Assembly: GCF_036321535.1 (NCBI RefSeq)
Contig: NC_087447.1
Span: 32,304,001-32,368,000 of the forward strand
Direction of reading: 5' to 3'
Length of the DNA stretch: 64,000 bases
Origin: Camelus dromedarius
Lineage: Eukaryota
The notes beneath the pieces are model-generated. The model was given only the letters and a program-made list of their open reading frames with translations. It did not search any database and was not told where the DNA came from. The translations under genes and the position numbers were made by a program. Below are positions 51,701-64,000 of the stretch, in pieces (positions within the stretch are counted from its first letter, which is position 1; each line of letters begins with the position of its first letter).

Positions 51701-54160
51701 ATCCTAATGATTACACCAAAAAACTGTAAGAACTAACAAACAAATTCAGTAAAGTTCCGGGATAAAAATAAATATACAAAAATCAGTTGTGTTTCTATAT
51801 GCTAACCACTTACTATCAAAAAGAGAAATTAATAAAAAATCCCATTTACAATAGCATCAAAAAGAATAAAATATCTGGAAGTAAATTTAACCAAGGTGGT
51901 AAAAGATATGTAAACTATATACTGTATACTACAAGACATTGAGAAAGAAATTGAAGAAGACACAAGTAAGTGGAAAGGTAGTCCATGCTCATGAACTGGA
52001 GGAATTAATATTATAAAAACATCCATGCTACCCCAGCAATCTCCAGATTCACTGCAATCCCTATCCAAATTCCAATGGTAATTTTCACAGAAATAAAGGA
52101 AACAATCCTAAAATTCGTATGGGGCCATGAAAGACTCCAAATAGCCAAAACAATCTTGAGAAAGAACAAAGCAGTAAGCATCATACTCCTGATTTAAAAC
52201 TGTACTACAAATTTATAGTAATCAAAATAGTATGGTACTGGCATAAAAATAAACATATAGACCTAGGGAACACACTCAAAAGCCCAGAAATAACCCTACG
52301 TATTACAGTCAACTAATATTTGACAAAGGATTCAAGAATAATCAGTGGGGAAAGAATAGTTTCTTCTATAGATGGTTTTGGGAAAACTGGATATTGGTTT
52401 ACAAAGAGCAAAACTGAAAAAAGGGAACTGCTGTGTACTATTGTTGGGAATGTAAATTGGTATAGCCACTATGGAGAACAGTATGAAGACTCTTCAAAAA
52501 ATTAAAAGTAGAACTACAATATGATCCAGCAATTCCATTTTTAGGTATACATACAAAGGAAACAAAATCACTATCTTGAAGTGATATCTTCACTCCCATG
52601 TTCACTGTGGCGTTATTTATAATAGCCAAACCATGTAAACAACCTAAGTGCTCTTCAGTGGGTGTATGGATAAAGAAAATGTGGCATAGAGGAGGCACAT
52701 TAAAAGATGTTCAACATCACTACTCATCAGAGAAATATAAATTAAGACCACAATGAGATATCATCTCACACATGTCAGAATGACTATCATCAAAAAGACC
52801 ACAAATAACAACTGTTGGTGAGGATGTGGAGGAAAGGGAACTCTCATATACTGTCAGTGGGAATGTAAATTGGTGCAGCCACTATGGAAAACAGCATGGA
52901 GGATTCCCAAAAGACTAAAAATAGAACTACCATATGATCCATCAATTCCACCCCGAGTATATATCTGAAAAAAACCAAAAATACTAACTCAAAAAGATCC
53001 ATGTACCTAATGTTCATAGCAGTGTTATTTACAATTGCCAAGATATGGAAGCACCCTAAGTGTCCATCAACAGATAAATGGGTAAAGAAGATGTAGTGTA
53101 TATACACAGTAGAATACTATTCAGCCATAAAAAACAATGAAATTTTACCATTTGCAGCAACATAGATGGACTTGGAGGGTATTATGCTAAATGAAATAAC
53201 TCAGACAAAGTATTATATTACTTATATGTGGACTCTAAAAAACACAACATACTAGTGAATGTAACAAAAAGAAACAGACTCACAGATATAGAGAACAAAC
53301 TAGTGGTTACCAGTGGGGAGAGAGAAGGGGGAGGGGCAGTATAAGGGTAGGGGGATTAAGAAGCACAAACCACTATGTACAGAATAAGCTACTAGGATAT
53401 ATTGTACAACACAGGGAATATAGCCAATAGTCTATAATAACTATAAATGGAGTCTATAACCTTTAAAAAATGTGAATCACTATATTGTATACCTGTAACA
53501 TATAATATTGTACATCAACTATAACTCAATTTTAAAAAAGGAAATCTATAGCAATTAAAAACATGAAGGTAAAATTAATTATAATTTATAGTTACATGAT
53601 AAAATTTCACCAAAAAAAGAAAATGAGGCACACGTAAATATTCTTACAACAGAATATTATTCAGCCAAAAAATGATGAAAATCCTGCCTTTTGTGACAGC
53701 ATGAATAGACCTTGAGGGTATTGTGCAGAATGAGATAAGTCACACAGAGTAAGACAAATATTGTATGATCTCATTTATATGTGGAATCTAAAAAAAAGAA
53801 AAAATCAAAATTGTAGAAACTATACAGATCGGTGGTTGCCAGAGGCAGGATTGTGTGGGAGGGGGGAAATGGGTGAAAATGGTTAAAAAGGTACAAACTT
53901 CTAATTACAAGATTAATAAATTTGGTGGATATAATGTACAGCATGGTGTACATGCTGTTAAAAATACTGTGTTGTACATCTGAAAATTGCAATGGCTCTT
54001 AAATGATCTTAGGACAAGGAAAAATTGTAACTATGTGACATAATGGATGTTAACCAAACTTATTATAGTAATCGTTTTGAAATATATACATACATCAAAT
54101 CACTATGTTGTACATCCTAAACTAATAAAATGTTTTATATCAAATATATCTCAATAAAAC
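48746..54160 (+). mobile_element. Degenerate L1 with ORF1, endonuclease and partial RT remnants, internal deletions, interrupted by a younger L1
   Basis: ORF1-like SLRELWDLMKRTNICIIQISEGE (49416..49628), EN-like KTSLNKFKKSEIISGISSDHNGMKVEIN (50955..51224), L1 3' UTR ending CTCAATAAAACTGG near 54160. Many stops and frameshifts. Confidence 0.85.
52689..53615 (+). mobile_element. Younger 5'-truncated L1 nested in the older L1
   Basis: Repeats the L1 3' region already present at 52420-52688. Flanked by AAAGAAAATGTGGCATA (52672-52688) and AAAGAAAATGAGGCACA (53616-53632), 15/17 identical. Confidence 0.78.
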
Positions 54161-54829
54161 TGGCAGGACTGGAAGTGACCTAAATGTCCAACAACTGAGA
54201 ACTGGTTCGATAAAGTGTGATAAATTCATAAAAGGGAATCCTATTCAGTCATAAATAGGCACATACACACCCATACAACCATCCATATATTCATTGCTAT
54301 GGAAGAAGTCCCATCACTCATTGGGATAAACTATGTATATAATATCACATCATTTACATAAAAAAAATTTGGGCACATATGCCTACATATATAGAAAAAG
54401 ATTCTGAAAAATCATGGTCAAAATGATGATTTTATTTTTGGTAATTTTAACATTCTTTTCTTCACACTTCTACACATTGCTTGAATTTCCTATGATGGGT
54501 ATGTATTTTCATTATAAATAAACCAAAAAGTTAAAAAGAAGCAGCATTTCCTACCCTCAGTACAAACCAAAGTAAGCATTATGTTCAGGTCTCAACCCTT
54601 TGGACATTCCCTTAATCTACAGTATTTTTTCTCCACATCTACTCTGCCTTTGATTCAGCTTACTTGTTTATTAATAGTTGTACTAAAACAAATGCCTTTG
54701 CAGTTCTGTTTCCATAGAATTTCACTAAGATCTTCAAAAACTAAAGCTAAACCAGTAATTCACTGCTACAATAAACTTTTCTAAGAGAACTAACTCTAAG
54801 ATTGTTTACTAAGTCTGTGTGTCTGTTTC

Positions 54830-55105
54830 CAGGGAAAGGGGGTGGGAAGGGATACATTTAGGAGTTTGAGATTTATAAATGTTAGCCACTACATATAACA
54901 ATAGATTTTTTAAAAAGTTTATTTTGTATAGCACAGGGAACTACGTTCAATATCTTGTAATAAACTTTAATGGAAAAATATGAAAACGAATATATGTATG
55001 TATATGCATGAATGGGATATTGTGTTGTACACCATAGACTGACACATTCTAATTGTCTGTACTTCAATAAAAAAAGAGAAGAAAAAGAAAGAAAAAAAAA
55101 AAAGA
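54830..55105 (+). mobile_element. L1 3' end fragment with A-rich tail
   Basis: GGGAAGGGATACATTTAGGAGTTTGAGATTT...GCACAGGGAACTA...TACTTCAATAAAA resembles 62970-63200. Confidence 0.8.
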
Positions 55106-56248
55106 AACGATGGCAGCACCTCTTCAAGAAGCAGTGCTGCGGGTGTTCCAGAGTGGCTGCTCCTCTATACTCTATCCAACGTAAGGATGGTGCCGGTGTA
55201 CAATCTCTCAATGGAAACAACTGAAAACTATTACATTTGTTGTAATTTGTGAACCTATCACCCACTTCTGATTCCAGGAAATGACAGAGGCAGGATTTGG
55301 CAGCCACATGATGGAGATGTCCATACACTAACTTAACCAGAGGAGGTTGCTGGAGAATTGTTGGTAAGAACTTCTTTGTCCCCTGCTCTCTCTTTGAATT
55401 GGGGGCCATTCTCCTCTGACCACAGCAGCCAAGCAGAAGAAACAGAAACCCAGTAAATCCCTCTGCTTCATGCACACACCCTGACAAATTCTGCTGTCCT
55501 TTTGCCTGGGTCAACCGACTCTTGTTCCCTTGCCCAGTTTTTAAATGCACATATTTGTGTTTGTTAAAGACTTTTTGTTAATTGGAATGAAAAAAAGGCT
55601 ATCTTTTCCTTTAGAAGTCTTCAGGCCTCCTCTTGCTGGGTTACTCTTACAGAAAACCTTTTCCTCACTGACGGCAAGAACAACCTCATGATACCTCTAC
55701 TTCCCATGTGATACAGAGGACACGAATTACTGGGACTTTTCCAAAGTTAAGGGGAATTCCACTTTATGTGGAAGACTTTTACCGAATGGAACTGAAATGG
55801 AAGCTGGAACTAGAATTTGACACAGGGAATTTAAACTCAAACATTAATTTGTTAGCTCTCAACAGTTTTTGAGTCTTGTTCCAGTTTGTATCCATGACTC
55901 AGTAACCTCCAGCCCCCAAGTATCTGTTTATTTCCTCCTGAATTAAGCAGTTATTGAGCCTGTTTTTCCCATAGGGCGAAGAGACAGTGTGAGCTGAATA
56001 CACATGAAGTTTCAAAAATTACAGTGTTTTCCAGAGAAATGAGCAGATGATTAACGGAGACCTTTCTGGACCAAGAACCAAGGACTAAAGACCACTGATG
56101 TGGACTCCATCCATATACTGATGCTAGAAAAAACACAAAGATGTAAAATGACCTTTGATGTATAAGGTATGCCATCTGTATATGTTATACAGATGGCCAT
56201 ATGACACATAACACGGAGAAAGCTGTTTTTATCTGACTATTTACTCAC

Positions 56249-56309
56249 CCCAAATTCCCATGAATATTGCAAAGAACACCGTTGACTCATTGTCAAATAA
56301 ATGAGAGAC
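56249..56309 (-). CDS. ANO5: ANO5 exon 12, 61 nt, [20 protein letters not shown]
   Basis: Inside ORF 56241..56441(-). [12 protein letters not shown] motif. Acceptor tacag|G, donor G|GTGAGT. Confidence 0.95.
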
Positions 56310-56407
56310 CTGTAAAACAACAACATCACAAAGAGTGTTGAGTTTCAAGTGCAATACAAAAAGTGGGAAATGGAAAGTCATTTCAACATACCACGATACA
56401 TACATAC

Positions 56408-56513
56408 CTTCGAAGCCAAACACGTAGAGTTTAGTCTCCAAAAGTCACACACATGATCACAGAGGGGGCACATGATAATCTGACCTCCAATATTAGGGTC
56501 ACAGATCTCAGTG
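56408..56513 (-). CDS. ANO5: ANO5 exon 11, 106 nt, [35 protein letters not shown]
   Basis: Cys-rich extracellular loop MCPLCD..C..W.L...C. Acceptor tgcag|C, donor AAG|GTATGT. Confidence 0.95.
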
Positions 56514-56847
56514 CTGCAGAGGGAAGAACAAAGTTATTTTTAAAGTGATGTGTTTGGTGAAAATCCAAAGATGTTCTTATCAGAACAACTTTATACGGCA
56601 GAGGGGGCAATGAAGCAGCTTTTTTACAGGTCAAGTCATGCTTCAAGGAGCAGAATCTTTAAAGCCTATTTTTAAAAACAGATTTTCCGTAAAGCACCAA
56701 GTGAGGGGCAGCTGCTATGTTTGGGCCTTGCTCAGAAATATCAATTGTCTGCTGCCACAGGAAACATTCTGACACAAATTCCAGAAAAATAATAACAGCA
56801 GATTCAGTTACCATATTTCTCTGTTTGGGCAACTCAGTTGCACTTAC

Positions 56848-56982
56848 CTGCTTGAGCTATCACGCATCGATAATAACCCGTAAATAAAACAAGCTAAGCC
56901 AACTACAGCTGCAAAAAACAGCATTTCTGTGTAAAATCCGAGAAAGACAAAATAGATGCCAATTTTTTCTCCATAATAATCC
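56848..56982 (-). CDS. ANO5: ANO5 exon 10, 135 nt, (K)[44 protein letters not shown](S)
   Basis: Anoctamin signature [14 protein letters not shown] (TM1). Acceptor cacag|G, donor AG|GTAAGT. Confidence 0.95.
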
Positions 56983-57749
56983 CTGTGAAAGAGGGTAAAA
57001 ACAGAATCAGTAAAAACAGAATCAGAATCTCTGCAAGAATGATACAGTCCAGAGTCTTGATTTTGTATTCAGACAAGCCTGTAGTCTAATTTTGGCTCCC
57101 CTGCTTTCTAGCCATGTAATTTTGCTGAAGTTATTAAGCTTTCTAAACTTTAGTTTCCACATCATAAAATGCAGGATGGTGCTCAGCCACAGAACTGGTG
57201 TCAGGATTACAAAAGACAACAATATAAATAGGAAGCCAACTGAGTGGAAGTTAAGTTTTATTTTTGAAATAGGGTGATTTGAAAAGCTTTTAAATTTTAA
57301 GGAGACTTTAATAAAGTGTGGAACAGTCTGCAGTGTAACTTCTAGCTGTTAACAAATCGAAATCAAACAATCTGCACATGGACTTCTGCTGAGGAACAAT
57401 AGTTCAGTAACTGGCACATGGTACAAGTGAGATCACACTGTGTTAATCCAGTATTTCACTACTCAGCCATGTCCTACCTGCACTACTGCAGCCCTTAGCC
57501 CCATCTCTTGCTTCATTTCCTTCCGGGTACCTTCGGGGGTCCTCAGATGTGTCTGTCTATGCTAGGAGTATCTTTGGGGCACAGCCTTTAACACTGTCTC
57601 CAGGCCACTGCGTAAGGATCTCAGCTCTTCCAAGCCAATGATGCTCATCTTTCTGAGGAGTTCCCCTTTCCCGCTCTGGGTTTCGTCAGTCACTGAACCC
57701 CATCCCATCCCGCATCCCAGAAGGTAAATCCTCTTAGAGGAATTTTTTT

Positions 57750-59340
57750 TTTTTTCAGTCTAATTGACTAGGGTATAATTCACATACAAATAAAATACAC
57801 CTGACTTAAGTGTACAGTTCGATAAATTTAAATACACACACTCGTAACCACCTCCAGGATCAACATACTGAGAATTTCCATCATCTCAAAAAATTTCCTT
57901 GTAGTCCTCTGTTATTAACCCCTTCCTCAACATCCAGATCTGGCAACCACTACTTTGATTTTGGTCCTTATAAGTTTTGCTTTTCCAAAATAATGTTTTA
58001 TAAATGGAAACATTAGAGTATATAGCTTTTCGTGGCCTGCCTCTTTTCTTTAGCATAATGCTTTTAAGATTCATCCCTTGATGTTGTATGCATTAGTAAT
58101 TTATTTCTAGGAACAAATCCATTGTATGAATGCATAATGATTTGTTTATTCACTCACTAGTTGATAGATATTTAATTGTTTCCAGCTTTTTATTATGAGT
58201 TAAGCTGCTATGAACATTCAAATAATGGCATTTCAGTGGACGGAAGCTTCATTTTTCCTAAGTAAAGGCTTAGAAGTGGAACTGCTGGGTCATATAGAAA
58301 GTGCATATTTACCTTTATAAGAAACTGTCAAAACTGTTTTTTGTAAAGTTGCTGTACCATTTTGCATTCCCACCAGCAATGTTTGAGATTTCAAGTTGCT
58401 CCACATCCCTGACAGCATCTATTGTTGCCAGTTATTTAGACTGTAGCTATTCTAGTGGGTGTGTACTGGTATTTCAATTACCTTTTAATTTTTATTCCCC
58501 TATGGAATAAAAATGCTGGGCATCTTTGATTAAGTACTGGCCACCCATCTTTTATATTCTTACGTCCATTTTTAATTTTGTCTTGTTATTGAGTTGTAAG
58601 AGTTCTTTAAGTTTTCTAGGTAAGAGTCCTTTACTGATACGTGTGTTGCAAGTAGTTTCTCCAACCTGTTTTTTATTTTTTGTAACAGTGCCTTTTGAAA
58701 AAGTATACATTTTTAATTTTAATGAAGTCAAATTTATACATTTTTTAAGTTGTGCTTTTTGCATCTTATCTGAAAAGTCCACGCCTAATTCCAGATTACA
58801 TGCATTTTTCTCCTGTTAACACTCTGCTAGAAGTTTTGTACCTGTAGCCCTTATAATTAGTTCTCTCATCCATTTCAAGTTAATTTAAATTTTAGAACAG
58901 GAAAGGATCAAGATTCATGTTTTTCATGTGGATATCCATTTGTTCTAGCATCATTTGTTGAAAGGACCATCCTTTTCCCAATTAATGACCAGGTACATCT
59001 GTTGAAAATCAATTGTCCATGTATGTGTGGATCTATTTCTGGACTCTCCTTTTATTAAATCTTTTTCTTTGAAAGTAATTTCAAATATACAGTAAAGTTG
59101 CAATAATAATTCAAATAATATCCACATATACTTTATTTTATTGTAAAAATATTGTTCCATTTGCAATTCTCTCTCTACCTGTATTTCTCTTTATATGTAT
59201 ACATACACACAGACACATTGGTATCTTTTTCTGAACCATCTGCAAGGAAGTTGGTTGAGTATGTATGCCATGATCCTTTACTCTTAAATACTCCAATGTC
59301 TGTATCTAAGAATAAGGGTATTACCTAACATAATCACTGA
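57750..59340 (-). mobile_element. Old L1 (L1M-type) 3' fragments
   Basis: Reverse-complement L1 motifs (GGAACTGCTGGGTCATA, CATTTTGCATTCCCACCAGCAATG, CATCATTTGTTGAAA). Boundaries approximate. Confidence 0.7.
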
Positions 59341-61177
59341 AAAGAAACCTTAGGGATAATGGTTGTTTTCTGCAATTGCTCCCTCTGTGATAACATAGAA
59401 TTTTCCATTTTGCCTTTTTCGTTACCCAACTTTACACCTAGTTATCAATTGTTTACATTAAAAATTGTTAAAATTTAAGTTTTTAAACTCTATCACTACT
59501 GAAATGGAAGAGCAGTGTAATTTGCTATAAATGGAAAGCTGTAATTATATGATGCAAATTTTTAAAAAACTTACTAAATTTAAGCTAGACACTGTTATCT
59601 GATGAAATATCTGAGCTTCCACTTTGCTATAAAAGAAAATCAGCAAGTGCTAAGAAGGTCCTATCCAAAGATGTATATCGAGGATTACAAATACACATCT
59701 TTTGGGAATATTTATAGCAGAAACACATGTAGATAGTTAAAATACTCTTAACATATTTTGATCAATGTAAAACACGTAAACTTTCATTCTGACAACTTTA
59801 CTTCTTTGAAAATATACTGTGACATATTCTCCAAGGGCACAATATCTGCGAATGTTCTTAACAGCACTGACTGCAATAATGAAAACTTTGGAACAGCCCA
59901 ATCTTTTTCAATAGAAAAATGGACAAATGAATTATGCAAAATTTACAGTATGGCACTCTGTGTTCTATTAAAAAGTACAAGATAGATCTGTGTGTACTCA
60001 CAGGGAAGTGTACCAACAATACATTATTTAGTGAAAAAGGGAAATCGCAGCAAAAAAGTAAGTAAAAATGCCATTGCTCCAGAAAAAAAGCTGTGTATGT
60101 ATTTTATTATGCATGCACATAAAAATAAGACTCAATGGCCATTACCAAATCAAGAATAGTTACCTCTGTGGAGTTCAATGGTGGTGGAATTTCACTTAAA
60201 ACTTTGCACATCTCTTTATTGCTTAGAATTTTTTTAGGCTACTTTTATAACTTAACAAACTAAATGACCATTATTCAGGACAATTAAAGCATCTATCCAA
60301 TGAAGAGTTCATATAATGATTTATAAAAAGCACCGGTTTATATGCTAAGTGCTTTTTATTTTTTCTCAAAAATTTCCCCTTAGATGCCTTAAAGAAAACT
60401 ATTGAGATAACACTTCAGTTGATTTGGATGTATGCAGCCACATTAGTCTCCAAAAAGGATACTGTGATGCTGTGCAAGCACAGCATTAAAGCATGAAACA
60501 CTGAGTGAAAATACTGCCCACAGCAACTGCGGCTCTGTAATCTGATTGTTTCTTTGTTGAAACCATTGCAGGAATCTCCTAACATCCTGTAGTATTGTCA
60601 CGGTTCAAAGCAAGAATGTGAAACCATAATGTTCTTGCACAGCTAATGAAGTTGTCTAAAGAACTGAGATCATAGAACAATTGTCTTCACAGCTTTCTGA
60701 GATCAACATATACACACAAACATCCATCCACAACCTTTCTATTATCTTCTAAATTCCTGGACTCAAAGAAAAACATGGAATAACTAATGTGTGTTAAACA
60801 CTAAGTGCTAGCCCCATGATAAAAATATGCATATATCATTTTATTATCAAATAACCCCATAAGGAAAGTACTACTGTCATTTTCATTTTACAGGTGAGCT
60901 TCATAAAGGTTAAGTAACTTGAGCATGTTTATAGGCTTCTAACCTGGATTTGAACCCAATCTCTAACATCCAGCTATCTCTGCACAGTGGTTAAGAGCAT
61001 TCTATTAACAAAATTTGCCCACAAATAAATGACTAAATGATAGCATAGATACAAAACTGGAAAGATGGGAACTATAATGGGTGAAAATGACAGTAAAAAG
61101 AATAGAATATGATGCCATTGTGAATAAAAATCACATAATCAAGTTTTAATTGGTTTGATCCTGTGTAAGAAACTTAC

Positions 61178-61293
61178 TTAATCAAATGAAAAGGTTGCTC
61201 CTTGTAAAAATAGGAAAGCCGAGCCCAGTTCTGGTGAAGTATGTACCTTTCATTTGCAGGATTAGAAGGTTCTGATGGCTTCCAATATTGACC
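61178..61293 (-). CDS. ANO5: ANO5 exon 9, 116 nt, [38 protein letters not shown](K)
   Basis: Manual translation. Acceptor tgtag|G, donor AA|GTAAGT. Anoctamin 'WAR...KEQP...I' motif. Confidence 0.93.
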
Positions 61294-62013
61294 CTACAGA
61301 AGAAATGCAAGAAGTACTGAATGACAAAGCAAAAGACAAAGGTGACTGAAGGAACGCTGCTTGTATAAGAAGGCTAGTGAATAAGGTAGAGGCTGTCTTT
61401 CACTTCTTGATGTGGATTTTCGTATTTCATTCATGTAAATTATTTACGACACTCTACAACAAGTACAAATAATAGTGATTTATTTATTAAATCCTCACAC
61501 CCAGCTACCTAAGAACACAAGTTAAAGCCTGAGACTTTGGCTTTACTCACTTCACCGCTTTCATCTCTACTCAGATTCCAAAAGTCACAGCTCAGGAATT
61601 CACACAACCACATTACTGGCTGGGACATTGGAAATAGGCTGACGCTTTTATTTTATAGATGGAAAAAACTAAACTCCATGCAAAGTTGAGTAAATGATTT
61701 TCAAAGTCACACTGCTATGATTGGAATCTCCTCTAGGGAACCTGTCTTGTCCTGACTTGGCCCTCACTGATACCAGTTTCCCAAAGAACTTAAAATACAT
61801 ACAATAATATTAGCACTTTAGAGATTCAGGATTGTTTCACGCATAAGTTCTTTCCTAATTGTTAGGTACTGAGTAGCTTTATTAATATCCCTTCGGGGCC
61901 TAGCAGAGTACTGTCTACACATAGCTGTTCAGTATTTTCTTTTTAACTGTTGGCTTAGACAAGTAAATTGCTGAAGACAACAATAAATAAATACCCAATT
62001 TAAAATTAAGCAC

Positions 62014-63213
62014 CAAGAACATAAGCAAAACATTCCGATATAAATTGTCGCAATGTACTCCTAGGGCAGTCTACCAAGGCAATAGAAATAAAATAAAAAC
62101 TAAACAAATGGAACCTAATTAAACATATAAGCTTTTGCACAGCAAAGGAAACCATAAATAAAATGAAAAGACACCTACAGAATTGGAGAAAATATTTGCA
62201 AATAATGTGACTGACAAGGGCTTAACTTCCAGAATATACAAACAGCTCATATAACTCAAAAACAAAAAAACAATCAAAAAACGGTAGGAGACTCAAACAA
62301 ACATTTCTCCAGTGAAGACATACAAATGGCCAATCAGCACATGAAAAAATGCTCAATATTGTTAATTATCAGAGAAATGCAAATCAAAACTACAATGAGG
62401 TATCACACCAGTCAGAATGGCCATCATTAAAAAGTCCATTAACAATAAATTCTGGAGAGGGGGTGGAGAAAAGGGAACCCTCCTATACTGTTGGTGGGAA
62501 TGTAGTTTGGTACAGCCATTATGGAAAACAGTATAGAGATTCCTTAAAAAAATGAAAATAGACTTACCCTATGATACAGCAGTCCCACTCCTGGGCATAT
62601 AGCTGGAGGAAATTCTAATTTGAAAAGATACATGCACCCCAATGTTCATAGCAGCACTATTTACAATAGCCTAGACACAGAAGCAACCTAAATGTCTGTT
62701 GACAGATGAAGGATAAAGAAGTTGTGAGATATATATATATATAAAAAGTAAAAAATGGAATACTACTCAGCCATAAAAAATAATAAAATAATGCCATTTG
62801 CAGCAACATGGATGGACCTGGAAATTGGCATAATAAGTGAAGTAATCCAGAAAGAGAAAGAAAAGTATCATATGATATCACTTATATATGGAATCTAAAA
62901 AAAAATGACACAAAACAGAGACAGACTCAAAGACACAGAAAACAAACTTATGGTTACCAAAGAGGAAGAGAGTGGGGAGGGATAAATTAGGAGTTTGGGA
63001 TTTGTAGATACTAACTATTACATATAAAATAGATAAACAACAAGGTCCTACTGTATAACACAGGGAACTATATTCAATACTTTGTAATGATCTATAATGA
63101 AAAAGAATATGAAAAAAATACATATGTATAAATGAATCACTATACTGTATACCAGAAATTAATACAACATTGTAAATAGACCATACTTTGATAAAAATAA
63201 ATAAATAAATAAA
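62014..63213 (+). mobile_element. 5'-truncated L1 (~1.2 kb) in ANO5 intron 8
   Basis: L1 ORF2 C-terminus, 3' UTR and (TAAA)n tail. Perfect 13-bp TSD TAAAATTAAGCAC at 62001-62013 and 63214-63226. Confidence 0.9.
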
Positions 63214-64000
63214 TAAAATTAAGCACATACGAAAATCTCTATAAGGTATAAGATTTTATATCATCCAGATTCCAGCTTTTGTCTTCTGTAATTAGTCCTA
63301 CTTAATCTTAAGAAATGAGAAAGAAAAAAAGAAAAAGCAGCCTATTTGGGTATTTGAAAAAAAAAAAAAAGATTCTTTAAAGCACACAAGGGAGAATCCA
63401 CTACCTAAATCTGCATTCAGGAGAGAAGAAAGAAAGAAAAAAAAAGTAAAATTAACAGTAAATGATAGCTCTCTCTAGCAACAGCTAAGTAACACTGATT
63501 TTCCAGTGAGCATAAAAGACTTTAATGAAAAGCTAGATGTATGGGTTAAAATTGCTGGTGACTGAGGATGGTTTGCCTTCATGACCTGGTAATAGTAAGA
63601 AAAGACTCAATGCAACAACAGACAAACCCAAAAATCCTCAAAATCTTCAACAACAAAAAAATAAAAGAATGTGCCCTTTTTTGGAGAAAGATTAGTAAAG
63701 AATGTGTTGCAAAGTGTTTATTAACTTGCTATAGATCTCTCTACGTGATCAAATGCCATGAATCTATAATTCCCTGGAAGTTCTTTTGCTCCAGGGAATA
63801 ATGTGTGTGTCTGTGTTGGAGGAGGTGGGGGAAGTTTTTCTAACACAAGTTAAATTCACCTGAACCCCCATTGAAAACTGCCACTCATTTTGGAAAATTC
63901 TGCTGTACCCTTATAGGAAACATATGAAGGATAATAACTAACCAACGATGAACTGACCTAGAGTCAATTATCACACTGTTGAATAAATACTGACAGAGGA

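Noticed and set aside
48975..53992. Many short ORFs in the L1 cluster
   Set aside because: Broken ORF1/ORF2 remnants or antisense frames; no intact reverse transcriptase, so not an active element.
54882..55550. 222-aa minus-strand ORF, the longest in the window
   Set aside because: Runs through the reverse complement of an L1 A-tail (poly-Phe), starts at a non-ATG codon and has no recognisable family; chance intronic ORF.

Overview
Mammalian genomic DNA, most likely a camelid judging by two tRNA-derived vic-1-type SINEs. Two tandem genes lie on the minus strand. (1) The 3' two-thirds of ANO5/TMEM16E: 14 coding exons (9-22 in human numbering, 61293 down to the stop at 28549) that splice at GT-AG junctions into one open frame of 1980 nt, followed by a multi-kb 3' UTR. 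(2) The 5' end of SLC17A6/VGLUT2: promoter, ATG at 9231 and coding exons 1-3. The rest is intron or intergenic DNA with L1, L2, MIR, MER, MaLR and ERV solo LTRs and microsatellites. I found no novel protein-coding system; the other ORFs in the track are repeat-derived or chance. The best second-look items are regulatory or splicing-related: a tandem RE1/NRSE pair upstream of SLC17A6, a perfect 18-bp palindrome matching the POU4F motif in SLC17A6 intron 1, an L1-derived competing 'poison' splice acceptor 29 nt from ANO5 exon 19, a very weak donor on ANO5 exon 20, a nested L1 with a possible 3' transduction, and two solo LTRs at the ANO5 3' end. Gene, repeat-family and motif assignments are from recall, not database searches.
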